Positions 27,015 to 38,310 of a DNA stretch of 64,000 nt are shown here, piece by piece (the stretch's first letter is position 1; each line of letters starts with the position of its first letter). The stretch comes from Nemertoderma westbladi. Lineage: Eukaryota > Animalia > Xenacoelomorpha. The stretch spans positions 1 through 64,000 of the forward strand of contig JAUCBJ010001007.1 in NCBI GenBank assembly GCA_032718475.1, read 5' to 3'. The translations under genes were made by a program, and so were the position numbers. The notes beneath the pieces are model-generated. The model did no database searches, was not told where the DNA came from, and worked only from the letters and a program-made list of their open reading frames with translations.

Positions 27015-27282
27015 ACCCGGGAGCCCAGTTAATCAACTGTGTCCCTTTCCACCCTGGTATCCGCCCATAGCCTTCCACCATACTACCTCCCTCGGTCTCT
27101 TCCTTCCGATGTCACCCTCAGAGCCTGCTGTGGCATGGGCATTCTTTGCAACCCCGATGTTGACTGTGTCGGTGTCTCTTCCATCCAACCCAGTTTGTCC
27201 CCCAGCCGAAACTCGTCCGAGGTCTCCGATCCCCACCTCAGCCCGTCTAAGTCCTGGGCTTCGAACTCATACTCCTCTCCTC

Positions 27283-28323
27283 TTATATCCGCTTCTCTGC
27301 CCACTGCCTCCTTTCTCTGGCGACTTCCTCTAGTCTCCTCTCCTCGACCCTATCAGCCTTCAATTTCCTCCATCGCTTGTACGGTGTGTCTACCTCTCTG
27401 TCCACTAGGTGTCGGGTATTGTAATATACCGACTTGCCCTTCAGCCCCGGTTGATCTACAAGACATTTTAGGGCCACCTTAAAGGCTCTCCTGTGATTCA
27501 GAGGTGCTCCTGATAGTAGAAACGCCACCGGCTCCCTCCCCATAGTCACCGTAATGAATAGGTTTAATAAACCTATCATTATCCAATCCTCCTGTAGGAT
27601 ATATCTCTTCTGATATATCTTTATCACTCCCTTCCAGAAGTGATATAGTTCTTCCTTTCTTGGTCTCACTCCCCACTTGAGCGAGTTAGCAAGTTCCGCT
27701 CCGTATTCTTCCCGGAACTTGTTCCAGTCCATCGGCTTGTTGCAGACGAGTTCCATCAGTTGGCCCATCGCCACGGCTCCGCCACGTCCCATGTTATCCA
27801 CCAATCCCAATCCCTCTGGTTTCGTCATAGCCATGTAGACTACCTGCATGTCCAGGTCCACCTGCGTGCCCGGTCCAAAAATTCTATCTGCATCGTCGCG
27901 TATTGCCGATCCCACCTTGATCGTAGTTTTCTGTCTCACTAGTTCCTGCACCGCCTTCGGCAACCGGTTTAACTTCGGCCCGCTTTTCTTTCCATATGTC
28001 CCTAGGTCGAATAGAAAAATATCTCCGTTCGGCGCTGCTAAGTGCAGCAATATAGTTCTAGCCAATCCTCCCGACCCCATTTTCGAGCCCTCATCATCCT
28101 CCACAGTCCCTTCGTCGTCTAGGATCATGTATCCGCCCCTCTCCATGGAATCTACAAATCTCCTCCACTCCTTCCTCGGTGGTTCCCTCGGGTACTTTGG
28201 TATCCCGAACTTTGCCTCATCCCCCTTTACAACATAGCGAAGATGCTCGTCAATCGCGTTGTCCAACGATGGTCCTGACCAGTCGCCGATTGAGCATCTC
28301 CCTAAACTGATCCTGTAGCGCAT
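27283..28323 (-). pseudogene. Accessory ORF3 of element 2, DEDDy 3'-5' exonuclease-like part
   Basis: MILDDEG (ExoI), ILLHLA...IFLFDL, LPKAVQELV...IKVGSAIRDD (ExoII), QKRYILQE (ExoIII-like). Confidence 0.75.
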
Positions 28324-28899
28324 GCTCTTTGTGACCCTTTGGGAGATGGATTGTAGTATCCCTTTGCCTTGTTCTCCGGATGCCTCTGCGTGAAATCCAT
28401 TAGCAACTCCTTCCTACTCTTCTCCGATTTCCTCTTCTTCACTAGTTTCTCCGCCATCACGAATCTGCACACTCTCACCTAACTGGTGGGGCCTTAGAAA
28501 GGCTCAGTTTTAGTAAGTGGGTCGTCAAACAGAATGTTATTAGTTCCGATCAGTGATGGCCTACCTCCTTTGCTGTGTTTTCCTGTAATTTCATACAAAT
28601 ATCCCCCCTATGTAACAATTTTTCATAAATTTACAATTTTGTCTGTTGCTTTTTATTAATGATTCTAGAGTTTCTCCCCCAGTTGCCATAATTTGTAAAT
28701 TTTTACTATTATTTATATCCCCCCTTACATGTGCTATTATACTATCTGCCATCTGATTACTTACTTAAGTAACCCGTCCCTACTTGTATACAGAGAAGAC
28801 TAGCTACAGTTTTCTTATTACCGTACTAGCTTCCTACCAGACAGTTTCCTGGCTCTGTAACAATACGCTAGGTCTGCACTACAGGCTGTGCGCTACAGT

Positions 28900-29530
28900 A
28901 GTCCCTCCCTCAACTCCTCACATGGCACCCTCAGTGCCCACAAATTTACGGTACTATGTACCCTTTCACCACGGTATGCGTGCATACCCTCCCTCAACTC
29001 CTCACGTGGCGCCCTCAGTGCCCATAATTGTGCATATGTAAATTAAGTACGTTGGTACATTTTGTACCCATCCGACGTACGTATTTAACTACCTGCACCT
29101 ATGTATCATGCACGCCGGCATGCCCGTACCCGTCTATTACGGTATGCTTACATACCCTCCCTCAACTCCTCACGTGGCGCCCTCAGTGCCCATAATTGTG
29201 CATATGTAAATTAAGTACATTGGTACATTTTGTACCCATCTGACGTACGTAATTAACTACCTACACCTATGTATCATGCACGCCGGCATGCCCGTACTCT
29301 TCTATTACGGTATGCATACATACCCCCCCTCAACTTCTCATGTGGCGCCCTCAGTGCACACAAGTTTACGGTACTGTGTATGTGTACATACCCCCCTTCA
29401 ACTCCTCACGTGGCGCCCTCATTGCCCACAAATAGTGGATATGTAAATTAGGTACGTTGATACATTTTTGTACCAGTCCATCGTATGTAATTGCAACTAC
29501 CTACACTTATAAATTATGTACGTTGGTACA
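28900..29530. repeat. ~188-bp tandem repeats in the pol-ORF3 spacer of element 2
   Basis: CCCTCCCTCAACTCCTCACGTGGCGCCCTCAGTGCCCA recurs about 5 times. Confidence 0.9.
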
Positions 29531-29911
29531 TCTGTACCCATCAGACGTACATAATGCCTACCTACAGCGTACCTTGGTACTAGTGTTTTATTTATTTTAT
29601 TTTTATTTTTGTGGGAAGGGTGTATCGCCCTCATTCCCACCCCCCTCAGTCCAACTTATTGGACGACTCAGGAACCTAAGGGTGATTCTTCCAGCAGGCA
29701 ACTCTCCCACTGCCCCCCTGTAGGTCATCTTATTCTTCGCCCCACTCTCCTTGTCAATTCCAACTCTCTTGGATTTGACCTTCCCTTCTCCTCCACCCTA
29801 AAATCGGGTCTTTCCGTCACCTCACTGATCTCCTCATGGTCCCCTGGCAGCAAAATGCCACTCTTCATCTTGTCGTCATTTGGCTGTAGAATGCCGCCCT
29901 TCATGTCATCC

Positions 29912-30094
29912 TCACTGGTACATGCCACCTCTGCTGCCCCCCCCCCTCAATATGTGCGCCGGCGTTAAAGCCCCCGATGACCATTGGTCATCCTTTGGTA
30001 CGCATAATGGCTTACCATTTAATGCCCCCTCGCACTCTGCCAGTCCCGTGTCCAACACATCTCCTCTAACTTTCCTACCTCCATTATCCTTCAT
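29912..30094 (-). pseudogene. BEL/Pao integrase C-terminal core remnant
   Basis: VLDTGLAECEGALNGKPL...ALTPAHIL aligns with LLRTLMEEIAAYLNERPL...ALTPAHFL of element 1. Confidence 0.75.
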
Positions 30095-30121
30095 GATCAG
30101 CTCCTCTCCCTTTGGATTAAC

Positions 30122-30904
30122 CTAATTACATCCTCTCCCTTTCAACCTTGTCATCTTATTCGACATCCTCTCTATCGGTATGCTTCTTAATTTGACCGGC
30201 GTCTCTTCCGGACATCTCTCCAGATATCTCGCCTTCCACTCTTCTCCATCCTCATACCAATACTCGCCAGGAACATTTATGTTCCATCCCATCGCCTCTA
30301 GGTCCTGTGCGTCGAACCCATTCTCCTCCGCCCACTCCCTTGCTGTTACTTGTCGTCCTGTCTCCTCTACCAACGGTACTTCTCCGGATTCGTCTTCCAC
30401 GCTTTCCATTATATGTGGATCCAGATCCATACCCATCCCCGACTCCTGGTGTCCTTCCCCGGGCTGCTTCTCATCTGGGACTTCCCCATCACCCGTCTTT
30501 GACTTCTGCTCGGGCCGCTTCCCATATGGGACCTCCCCATCACCCGTCTTTGGTTTCTCCTCTATGTCCTCAACAGTAGCGGACAGCATGGAGCACCCTG
30601 GCATTATCGCTGCAATCTCGCATCGTCCCCTCCTCATCTTCATGACCTCGTCTTCGCTTGAGATCGTGGTCACCGCCATTTTACTTGGCCTGGTTCGTAA
30701 TCCTATCTTCACAGCCACCCAACTCTCCATTAGCGTGAATGCTGCTCCACTATCGACCAACATTAGTGTCGTAACCGATAGCCCGTCCTCTCCTATTATT
30801 GTCACTGGTACTACTCCGAGTAGTACTGTCCTCTTCCTCCTTGCTCCCATGGTGCTCGTTGCCATGGTTTGGCCTCCAGTCCCATCAGTCTCGTCATATT
30901 TCAT
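30122..30904 (-). pseudogene. BEL/Pao aspartic protease region
   Basis: VLLGVVPVTIIG...LMLVDSGAAFTLM. Confidence 0.8.
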
Positions 30905-31248
30905 CGGTGGTTCCTGGCACTCATCCTTCCAGTGTCATCCTACCGCGCATCGATGACATAGTCCATTCTTACATATATAATACCTAATATACAGCTATTA
31001 GAATAATAAGATACAGCTATACAAAGGCAGAATTATATAGAGACACGGGTTAGTTACACTAGTACCCCCCCCCCCCCCCCCCCCCCCCAGTAAAATTTAA
31101 TGGAATTTATATGATGGCAAAAAAACGAAAAGATCTTAGTTTTTTTATGCCGTTAATATATGCGTTTTTATGCGTTTTAATGATGCTTGCATGGCTTTTG
31201 GTGAGGTCAGTTTGTAACAAGAGTTATCATTCTTACGAATACTGGAGT

Positions 31249-32419
31249 TGTAAAAGCTTTTGCGGATATACTCAGTCCCCCTCGCCCGCAAGGTACCGTT
31301 ATAGGTGTTTTAACGGACATAAAAGTCATTCTTCTATATACGTGCTTTGGCGGACATGGTAAGGCAAAAAACCCGCAATGCACCAAATACCTTTACACAG
31401 CTTAGCCTTGATGATTCAGATTACGACATCTAACAGCTGGTTGCTGACATGGAAACGGCCATTGGACACATGGTTCTTTGTTTAGCTTAAGCCAATCAGA
31501 GCGATTTTTTCTGTCGATGTGGAGATATTCGGCCGATCATACTAGGAGTGTTCAGTCTTACTGTTTTTTCTTGATACTGTTGTGTTGTTTCTATCTAGGC
31601 CAGGAACACCGGCTCTAGAGTCAACTCGTTTTCATACTTTAGAAGAAACATTAGTAGGCTTAAATTATAGAGCGTATAACTGTTATCATATCATACTTAT
31701 CGCAATTCAGTCTTACATTATCGGTTCAATATACATTATTATACTGCTATTTACTATTGTTTGGTTGAATATTATTTGGAGAATATTTATAAAGAACCCA
31801 AATTTCCCAATTTTCTTGATACACTACAGGTTAGAGAGACGGGTTATATATAGCGATTGCGACTTATATTATTGTGGTTTGTAGTGAATTTAATGCTATT
31901 TGATAAGCACTACATGAGTCCGTTGCTGTTCTCTTTATATATGATAAAATTCATTGACGGTCGGCAAATTAGTGAGCAGTATTGTGTGTTACCGGTAGTG
32001 TGCCTGATTGTGACTGATAACTAAGCATTTCCTAAAGAATGCGCCTCATACGTGAATCATAAGCCTTACCGACTTACCGTTGTGATTAGTATAAGTCATA
32101 TCTCTGTTTACCTAGATAGAGCGCCACGTCCTAAAGGAACTGTTAATATTTCCCGAAAGTGAATAATATTAGTCAGAAATTATTTATTAACGATCAATCG
32201 AATAATACAGTAAGCTTACACTGCAATAATAATCTAAGCCCTCAGAATCCAGTCTCCCGGGTATATCCAGCGGGTGAATGGACGCGCACTAGGCTGGCTT
32301 CTGCTAATGTTGTGTTTATTGGTATTAAATATTTGTCAACTTCTAAAGTCTATTTATAAACCAAAAGACATATAAATTTTGGCAGGTTAAACTGCTAAAG
32401 GTCTTCAAAAGCGCGTACA
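31249..32419 (+). repeat. 5' LTR (1171 bp)
   Basis: TGTAAAAGC...GCGCGTACA; differs from the 3' LTR by roughly 15 substitutions/small indels (counted by eye). Confidence 0.97.
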
Positions 32420-32430
32420 ATAACAGTTAT
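32420..32430 (+). promoter_or_regulatory. PBS position: ATAACAGTTAT (non-tRNA type; complementary to LTR 31676-31686)
   Basis: No TGG follows the LTR; exact reverse complement ATAACTGTTAT is present in both LTRs. Confidence 0.45.
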
Positions 32431-32479
32431 TGTCTTTATTGCAGTAAGCAATAAAGTTGAAAGTACCGGTCGACCGGTA

Positions 32480-33330
32480 AACCTGAACCGGTACTTCTGT
32501 AGGTCAGTAGGCCCAACTGCCAGAACCGGTACTGCTGTAGGTCCGTAGGTCCAACTGCCAGAACCGGTACTTCTGTAGGTCCGTAGGCCCAACTGTCCTA
32601 ACCGGTACTTCCAGTATAAGTACATTAGTATTATTCGATTTTGATTATTGTATACTGGTAGGTCTTAGTATTTAATCAGGGACGGCCGCCCTGGTTTTTT
32701 ATTGAGATTTTACTTATTTCTGTCGGTTTTATTTACATGTAAGTTAATATTGAGCTGAAGACGTGTAAGTCTGCTCAGATTGTTCAGATAATTGTAGGCC
32801 GGACTGTTGTCGGATTGTTGTTGGGTTTGGAGAGATTACTGCGTGTGTAGAGTTTGTCCGATAGAGTGCCAGTTAGTAAGTTGGGGCAGCCATAGCTGTA
32901 AGGTCAATCCCCTCTTAAAGAATAAGTCGTACTACCGTGTTAGAACGCATACTAACTAACCATTTTGGAATCTGCACATACTGTAGTTTATTTAGGCTTG
33001 ACAGTATTCTGCCAACGTTTTGGCCTGTGTTTGTTTGTGTGGTCTGTTCAGGTACCGTAATAGTTATTACTCAGATATTTTGTAGGCTGGATTGTTGTCT
33101 AGCTATTATTAGGTCTGAAGAGATTGCTGCGTGTGTAGAGTTTGTCTGATAAAGTGCCAGTTAGTAAGTTGGGGCAGCCATAGCTGTAAGGTCAATCCCC
33201 TCTTAAAGAATAAGTCGTACTACCGTGTTAGAACGCATACTAACTAACCATTTCGGAATCTGCACATACGGTAGTTTATTTAGGCTTGGTGGTAGTCTGC
33301 CAGCGTTTGGTTTGTATTTTGTTTGAGTAT
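32480..33330. repeat. Tandem repeats in the long 5' leader (34-bp units at 32480-32610; ~290-bp duplication at ~32830-33040 vs ~33120-33330)
   Basis: Directly visible duplicated blocks. Confidence 0.85.
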
Positions 33331-34653
33331 TCTGTACGGGTAGCGTAATATTTATTATTCAGAGTTTATGCGATTATTCGCAACATTCATGTCCCCAAGT
33401 TTATTCCTACAGTAATTGTGTTTGTTACACATACCGTTATAGTTAAATTAACCCCGGTACTACACGGGCTGCTTGGCGTAGGAAAAGACTGGTGACTTTG
33501 TGCTTCGGTCACTCCAGCAGATGCCGTGGTTCTTTTAACTGTTCAAGTATATTTAACTACTGATTATTTGTTGTACCAGTACTTGTACCTAATTTAGGGT
33601 TTAGTGTACAGTGCTTTCCGAAGTAATTAGTGTGTAGGCAGTATATTTGTGTTGTAAAGTGGTTAATAGGCACGCTGGATCTGGTAGTCCGCGGTAATTA
33701 ACTTCCAGGTAGGAACACTCCGTGATACATAACGTAGTACCTATAGCGATACGGCTATAGGTCGTCAGGCGGTGGTATTTTCCTATCTGGACAGTGCAAT
33801 ATATTTACTACTACTTATTATTTTCAAATACCGTAGTACCCTGTCCGTTGTAATAACCAGAATTCTAACCCTTTGTTAGGCTGGTTTGTAGACTTCCTGT
33901 AAAATTACCCTAAAATTTCGTACGTAATATTTTGTTGTGTTTAATTAGAGATTTAATCTCACCCGTATCGTAAGTAATTTGTAGTATTAAGTAACTTAGG
34001 TAAATTAGAATTATCTGTTTTAGTGTCCCATAGGTAGCACTTCACTGAGAGCGCACAGCTTCTGTGTAGTGACTCCCCCAGAAATAATAACATTTATTTC
34101 AAATATTGACAAAACCCCTTTTAAACGGGTATATATCTATTATAAATCAACTCAAACGATTTATAAATAGTAGGCCTGCCATACAACAACTAGGTCTCAA
34201 AATCAGTTGGACTACTGCTTAAATAACGGTAACAAAGTAAGTTAAAGTAACCAAGTAACCCTAAAATATTCAGAAATTCAATTATTCTAAAATAATTGAC
34301 ATACCGGTATTTACCATAGGCTTATTATATTTATTTCTATAAATTTGGGCTGAAATCATACCGGTATTCTGTAATTAATTCTAGTTCATAATTATACTTA
34401 TATATACTATAAGTGTAAGCTGTATACCGGTATTCACGATAGGCCTATTATATATTTATATATATTTGTGCTAAAATTATATACCGGTACTCTGTGACAA
34501 ACCTAGTTTACCATACTTATATATACTATAAGTGTATACCGGTATTCTAATATACTGTAATAAATTACCGGTACTAGGCCAACGGTCATACTGAATTACT
34601 AGACTTGCTTTAACTGTAACTATAGCAGTAGGCATTCAACCGTATAGCTAAAC

Positions 34654-37600
34654 ATGTCTGACACTCAGCAAAACCTGTCAGACAGTCTAATCGATACAAC
34701 CATCTGTGACACAGATAGGAGTGTGGAGCGATTAAGAAAGGAGTTCAGCTCACCTCCTACTGAAAGAAAGGTCATCCCTCCAGTAGTAGTATCAGACCCT
34801 AAGCTAATCCAACACCATAGGTCTATCATCGGCACTCGGGCCCAAGTCAAACGGAACCAGGAAGCAGCTGTCCAACAGCAGCAACATCCTAGTCAAGAAA
34901 CTTGTTCCCAGCGATCCGATAGCTCCAGTAGTGCGGATACTGCAGAGCTGACCCCCGAATGCGGAGTGCAGATGGCGGCTACAGCCTACTCGGATCCCCT
35001 TCTCACCCTTCCTGCCGCAGTGCTAACTACTATATTGATTGCGGTGGAAGAACATCAAGCCGATTGGGCGAGAAGTATGAGAGCGACCCAAGATAGTTAT
35101 GCGGGATACGCCAGGGAAGAATTGATGTCTATTGTCGAGTCACAATGGAACTTTCCCGGACCCGGACTCCCGTTTGATTTGTCCGAAGCTACTTGGGAAG
35201 ATATACACAGGATGGGAGTGACTAAAGATACAATGGATCCAGCTGTTTGGAAGAGGTCGGCAGCAGGATATGTGCAGGGATTCTTCGGCTCCTTAGAGCG
35301 ATTGGAAGAACAACTGTTTCGACAACCCCAAGGACCTCAAGAGCAGGAAGAGCTGCTTTATCAAGTACGTGAAAGAACCCTACGCATTAGACTAATCTTA
35401 TCAGCCTTTGAGGAAACTTCCAAAAGAAGACAGGACACGTCGCTGCAGGTTGCTGTCAAAACTTGGTTCCAGCGGGTAGGTCTCAAAGTACAAGAAACGG
35501 CCCAGTGGAAATCCCAGCTGGCTGAGAGACTAACTTATGAAGAACCAACCGATGCCACCCTTTCTCAAGTGGAAAGCGAAGTGACCGCAGAGAGACCACG
35601 AACGAGAGACGCCATCGACATTTATCTGTCCGACTATCAGCGATTCCTAGGAGACGAAGAGTTGAGGAGATGGCTGTCTGGACTTTCCCCTAATAGTGAA
35701 GGAACCCAGCGTGTGTTGGACTCAATCGATGCTGAAATGTTAGCTGCAAACCAAGCTGAATTTGATGAAAAACTTCGCCTCGCTAGAGTCCAGGAAGAAG
35801 AAGTAAAGAAAAGGCGGATAGAGGACCGAAAAGCAGCGGCAATCGCAGAAGCAGAAGCGGAAAGAAAGGAGGCAGCGGCAAAAGCAGAAGCAGAAGCACA
35901 AAGAAAGGCGGAAAAGGCAGTGGCAGAAGCAGAACGTAGAGCGTCGGAGCAGACTACCCAACTGGAGTTGGAAAATCTGCAAGAGACGCAAGACAACATA
36001 AATAAACAGTTAACTGCTAGTCGAATGCAGATGATGAGACGATCTACTCCAAAACGCCAGGGATACACATCATCGGAGGAAAGCGAAACCACCGATCCTG
36101 AAGGCGGAGGAAATAGATCTCGTCTAAGCAGGCGTAGAAAAACATCTCACCGCCACAAATTGCCTAATTTGCCCCCGGCGGTTAGAAGACAACTAACTAG
36201 CGCAGACTTAGGCAATACAGAACCCACAGAACAAATTATTCAGGTCAAAAGACTCCCTACAATAGTTGATGAGCCTGAAATAATTAGGCCTGTCGTTCCC
36301 AAAGTCACTTCTGTGCTAGAGACCCCTGTACTTCCAGAGCTTAACTCTAAATTCCCTTTACACAGTACTACACTGCCTGTACCCGGTAGAACAGTCCATG
36401 AGAATATCCCTGTCCTGGAAGCAGAGAGAGAAATCAAAGATTTGTCTCCCGTCGTCCAGCGTCGGCCCGCTACAATGTTGGCGACTCCCGCTTCGGCGGT
36501 CGAGTGGGTAGAGGAGGGACGGCGGGGGATGAACCTCCTGCTCGGACAGATGCAGGAGACTGTCCACCAACTTAAGGGAACAGTAAGGGAAGGTAGGGCA
36601 GAATTGCAGGAAGTGCAGCAAAGTATCGCACTGGAACGCGACAAATTAGTCAATATACAAAAAGGCATACCAATACCCCCTGTAACATTGTGTCAACCTG
36701 TTAGGTCTGAAGTATTACATGCGCAAGGTGTGGAGCCTACACGCATCTATACTGCTAGTGAAGTAGAAACTCCTATAGCAAACCCTATTAAGGGTGATTA
36801 TAGACCTGTTATTAATGATATTCCCTATAGACATGATAATGATCCGAGAAATTTATATACCGATAATTCGATATTAAATAACACGATGGCCCAAGAAAGC
36901 TTTACGCGTCAGATGGCTAGAACAGAAGCCCGCCAAGCGGTCAAAGTGGGAGAGATCGTCAAATTCAATGGAGATGAGATGAAATGGTTACCTTTCAACG
37001 AATATTACAAAGACAGCATACAGAACTCTGTACTATCTAACGGAGAGAAACTTAGGTTCCTCATCAAGTGCTTGGAAGGACCTCCCAAGTTAATGGCGTT
37101 AAAGTTTATTGGACATCCAGAAGGATTAAGACAAGTTTGGGATACATTAAACATCAGGTATGGTAACCAGGATAACATAGCTAAGTATTTGTATGCAAAA
37201 TTAGTAGCCCCCCGAAACTTCCTTAGTAGCGGGATTATAGAGTTTTCCGATGAGATTCAGGAGATCTGTAGACAATTGGACTGGTTAGGTAAGTCTCATG
37301 AATACCAGAGTTCCATGGTTATTGGAGCAGTAGTCTCTACTTTACCAAAGGGTGGAGTATGTACACGCTGGGACAAGAAAGTGTTGTATATGAATGAGCA
37401 ACAACGACGAAGCCCTACCATGGCTGATCTCATGTCCTTCTTAGATGGTGAGGTAAAACTACAACTCATCAAGCAGTCCAGAGAGAAAACATCGGAAAAT
37501 AAGGTAAGTGAGAAACCCGCTTCTAGGAGAAGAGTAACACCGGTGTGTTACACTGACGACGGCGAAAGCCAAGCTTCTCAAGAAGAGGACAGCAGAAAAG

Positions 37601-38310
37601 ACACCGATCGATCTTACTATGTTGACAAAACCTCAAAAGACGTAAGTAAATACAAGGCTCGAAACAACGATAGGAGAGAACAGGTTGCCAAGACCCCTCC
37701 TCAGTCTCCTAACAGAATGCACCGTAGAAAACCCGAAGAAAGAACGAGAGTGCATCAAGTTACCCAAGGTAAAGTGAGTAACATAAAACCTAACTGTGCG
37801 CTGTGCGACGGGACCCACCGTTTGAGTGCGTGTGCTGAATTTCTAAAGAAATCCCTTGTAGACAGACGTGCAGTCGTGTGGGACAAGCGGTTATGCTATA
37901 ATTGCCTCAGACCAGGACACCAACGGCGAACCTGTTACTCTGACATAAAGTGTGCAAAGTGTGGCGCAAAACATCACATCTTGTTACACAGTGAGTTCGA
38001 ACGAGACAAACAGAGTCAGGTAAGTGAGCCCGAACTACATGTCCAATTCAGTGATGTAAATGACACTGATCAGGAGTCTGAGATGGAAGGATTCTATACT
38101 GACGAATTCTCCGACGCCAACGAATCCTGTTATCTAATCAATACCGCAGTGTATCGAGCACTTACTTATGAAAAGGACACCAACAATGAGTTTCCCCCAA
38201 CTACTTTTGCCAGACAACCATCTTGGAAAGCTCCAACTTCCAACGTAGGAATCAGAGAATTTCCTGTAGTGCAGGTAAAAGAGTTCACGGTCCTAACAAA
38301 AGTTACATAG
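34654..38310 (+). CDS. gag: BEL/Pao Gag (1218 aa) with long N-terminal extension
   Basis: KFNGDEMKWLPF...EKLRFLIKCLEG (DUF1759-like); three knuckles CALCDGTHRLSAC, CYNCLRPGHQRRTC, CAKCGAKHHILLH; E/A/K-rich coiled coil. Confidence 0.92.
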   Translation: MSDTQQNLSDSLIDTTICDTDRSVERLRKEFSSPPTERKVIPPVVVSDPKLIQHHRSIIGTRAQVKRNQEAAVQQQQHPSQETCSQRSDSSSSADTAELTPECGVQMAATAYSDPLLTLPAAVLTTILIAVEEHQADWARSMRATQDSYAGYAREELMSIVESQWNFPGPGLPFDLSEATWEDIHRMGVTKDTMDPAVWKRSAAGYVQGFFGSLERLEEQLFRQPQGPQEQEELLYQVRERTLRIRLILSAFEETSKRRQDTSLQVAVKTWFQRVGLKVQETAQWKSQLAERLTYEEPTDATLSQVESEVTAERPRTRDAIDIYLSDYQRFLGDEELRRWLSGLSPNSEGTQRVLDSIDAEMLAANQAEFDEKLRLARVQEEEVKKRRIEDRKAAAIAEAEAERKEAAAKAEAEAQRKAEKAVAEAERRASEQTTQLELENLQETQDNINKQLTASRMQMMRRSTPKRQGYTSSEESETTDPEGGGNRSRLSRRRKTSHRHKLPNLPPAVRRQLTSADLGNTEPTEQIIQVKRLPTIVDEPEIIRPVVPKVTSVLETPVLPELNSKFPLHSTTLPVPGRTVHENIPVLEAEREIKDLSPVVQRRPATMLATPASAVEWVEEGRRGMNLLLGQMQETVHQLKGTVREGRAELQEVQQSIALERDKLVNIQKGIPIPPVTLCQPVRSEVLHAQGVEPTRIYTASEVETPIANPIKGDYRPVINDIPYRHDNDPRNLYTDNSILNNTMAQESFTRQMARTEARQAVKVGEIVKFNGDEMKWLPFNEYYKDSIQNSVLSNGEKLRFLIKCLEGPPKLMALKFIGHPEGLRQVWDTLNIRYGNQDNIAKYLYAKLVAPRNFLSSGIIEFSDEIQEICRQLDWLGKSHEYQSSMVIGAVVSTLPKGGVCTRWDKKVLYMNEQQRRSPTMADLMSFLDGEVKLQLIKQSREKTSENKVSEKPASRRRVTPVCYTDDGESQASQEEDSRKDTDRSYYVDKTSKDVSKYKARNNDRREQVAKTPPQSPNRMHRRKPEERTRVHQVTQGKVSNIKPNCALCDGTHRLSACAEFLKKSLVDRRAVVWDKRLCYNCLRPGHQRRTCYSDIKCAKCGAKHHILLHSEFERDKQSQVSEPELHVQFSDVNDTDQESEMEGFYTDEFSDANESCYLINTAVYRALTYEKDTNNEFPPTTFARQPSWKAPTSNVGIREFPVVQVKEFTVLTKVT

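Larger units (their letters stand above)
24533..30975 (-). mobile_element. BEL/Pao LTR retrotransposon no. 2: 5'-truncated, RT/RNase H deleted, retains accessory exonuclease/zinc-knuckle ORF
   Basis: Gag knuckle CHRCAVG*HWKDEC (~30915-30960), protease LVDSGAAFTLM, integrase tail GALNGKPL...ALTPAHIL, PPT GGGGGGGAG next to a TG...CA LTR. Confidence 0.8.

Noticed and set aside
30180-30956. 258-aa plus-strand Ser-rich ORF and other antisense ORFs over TE or receptor coding regions
   Set aside because: Shadow ORFs of genuine opposite-strand coding sequence
31582-32359. Small ORFs inside the LTRs (100 aa, 66 aa)
   Set aside because: Non-ATG starts; the longer one is disrupted by indels between the two LTRs; no recognisable motifs
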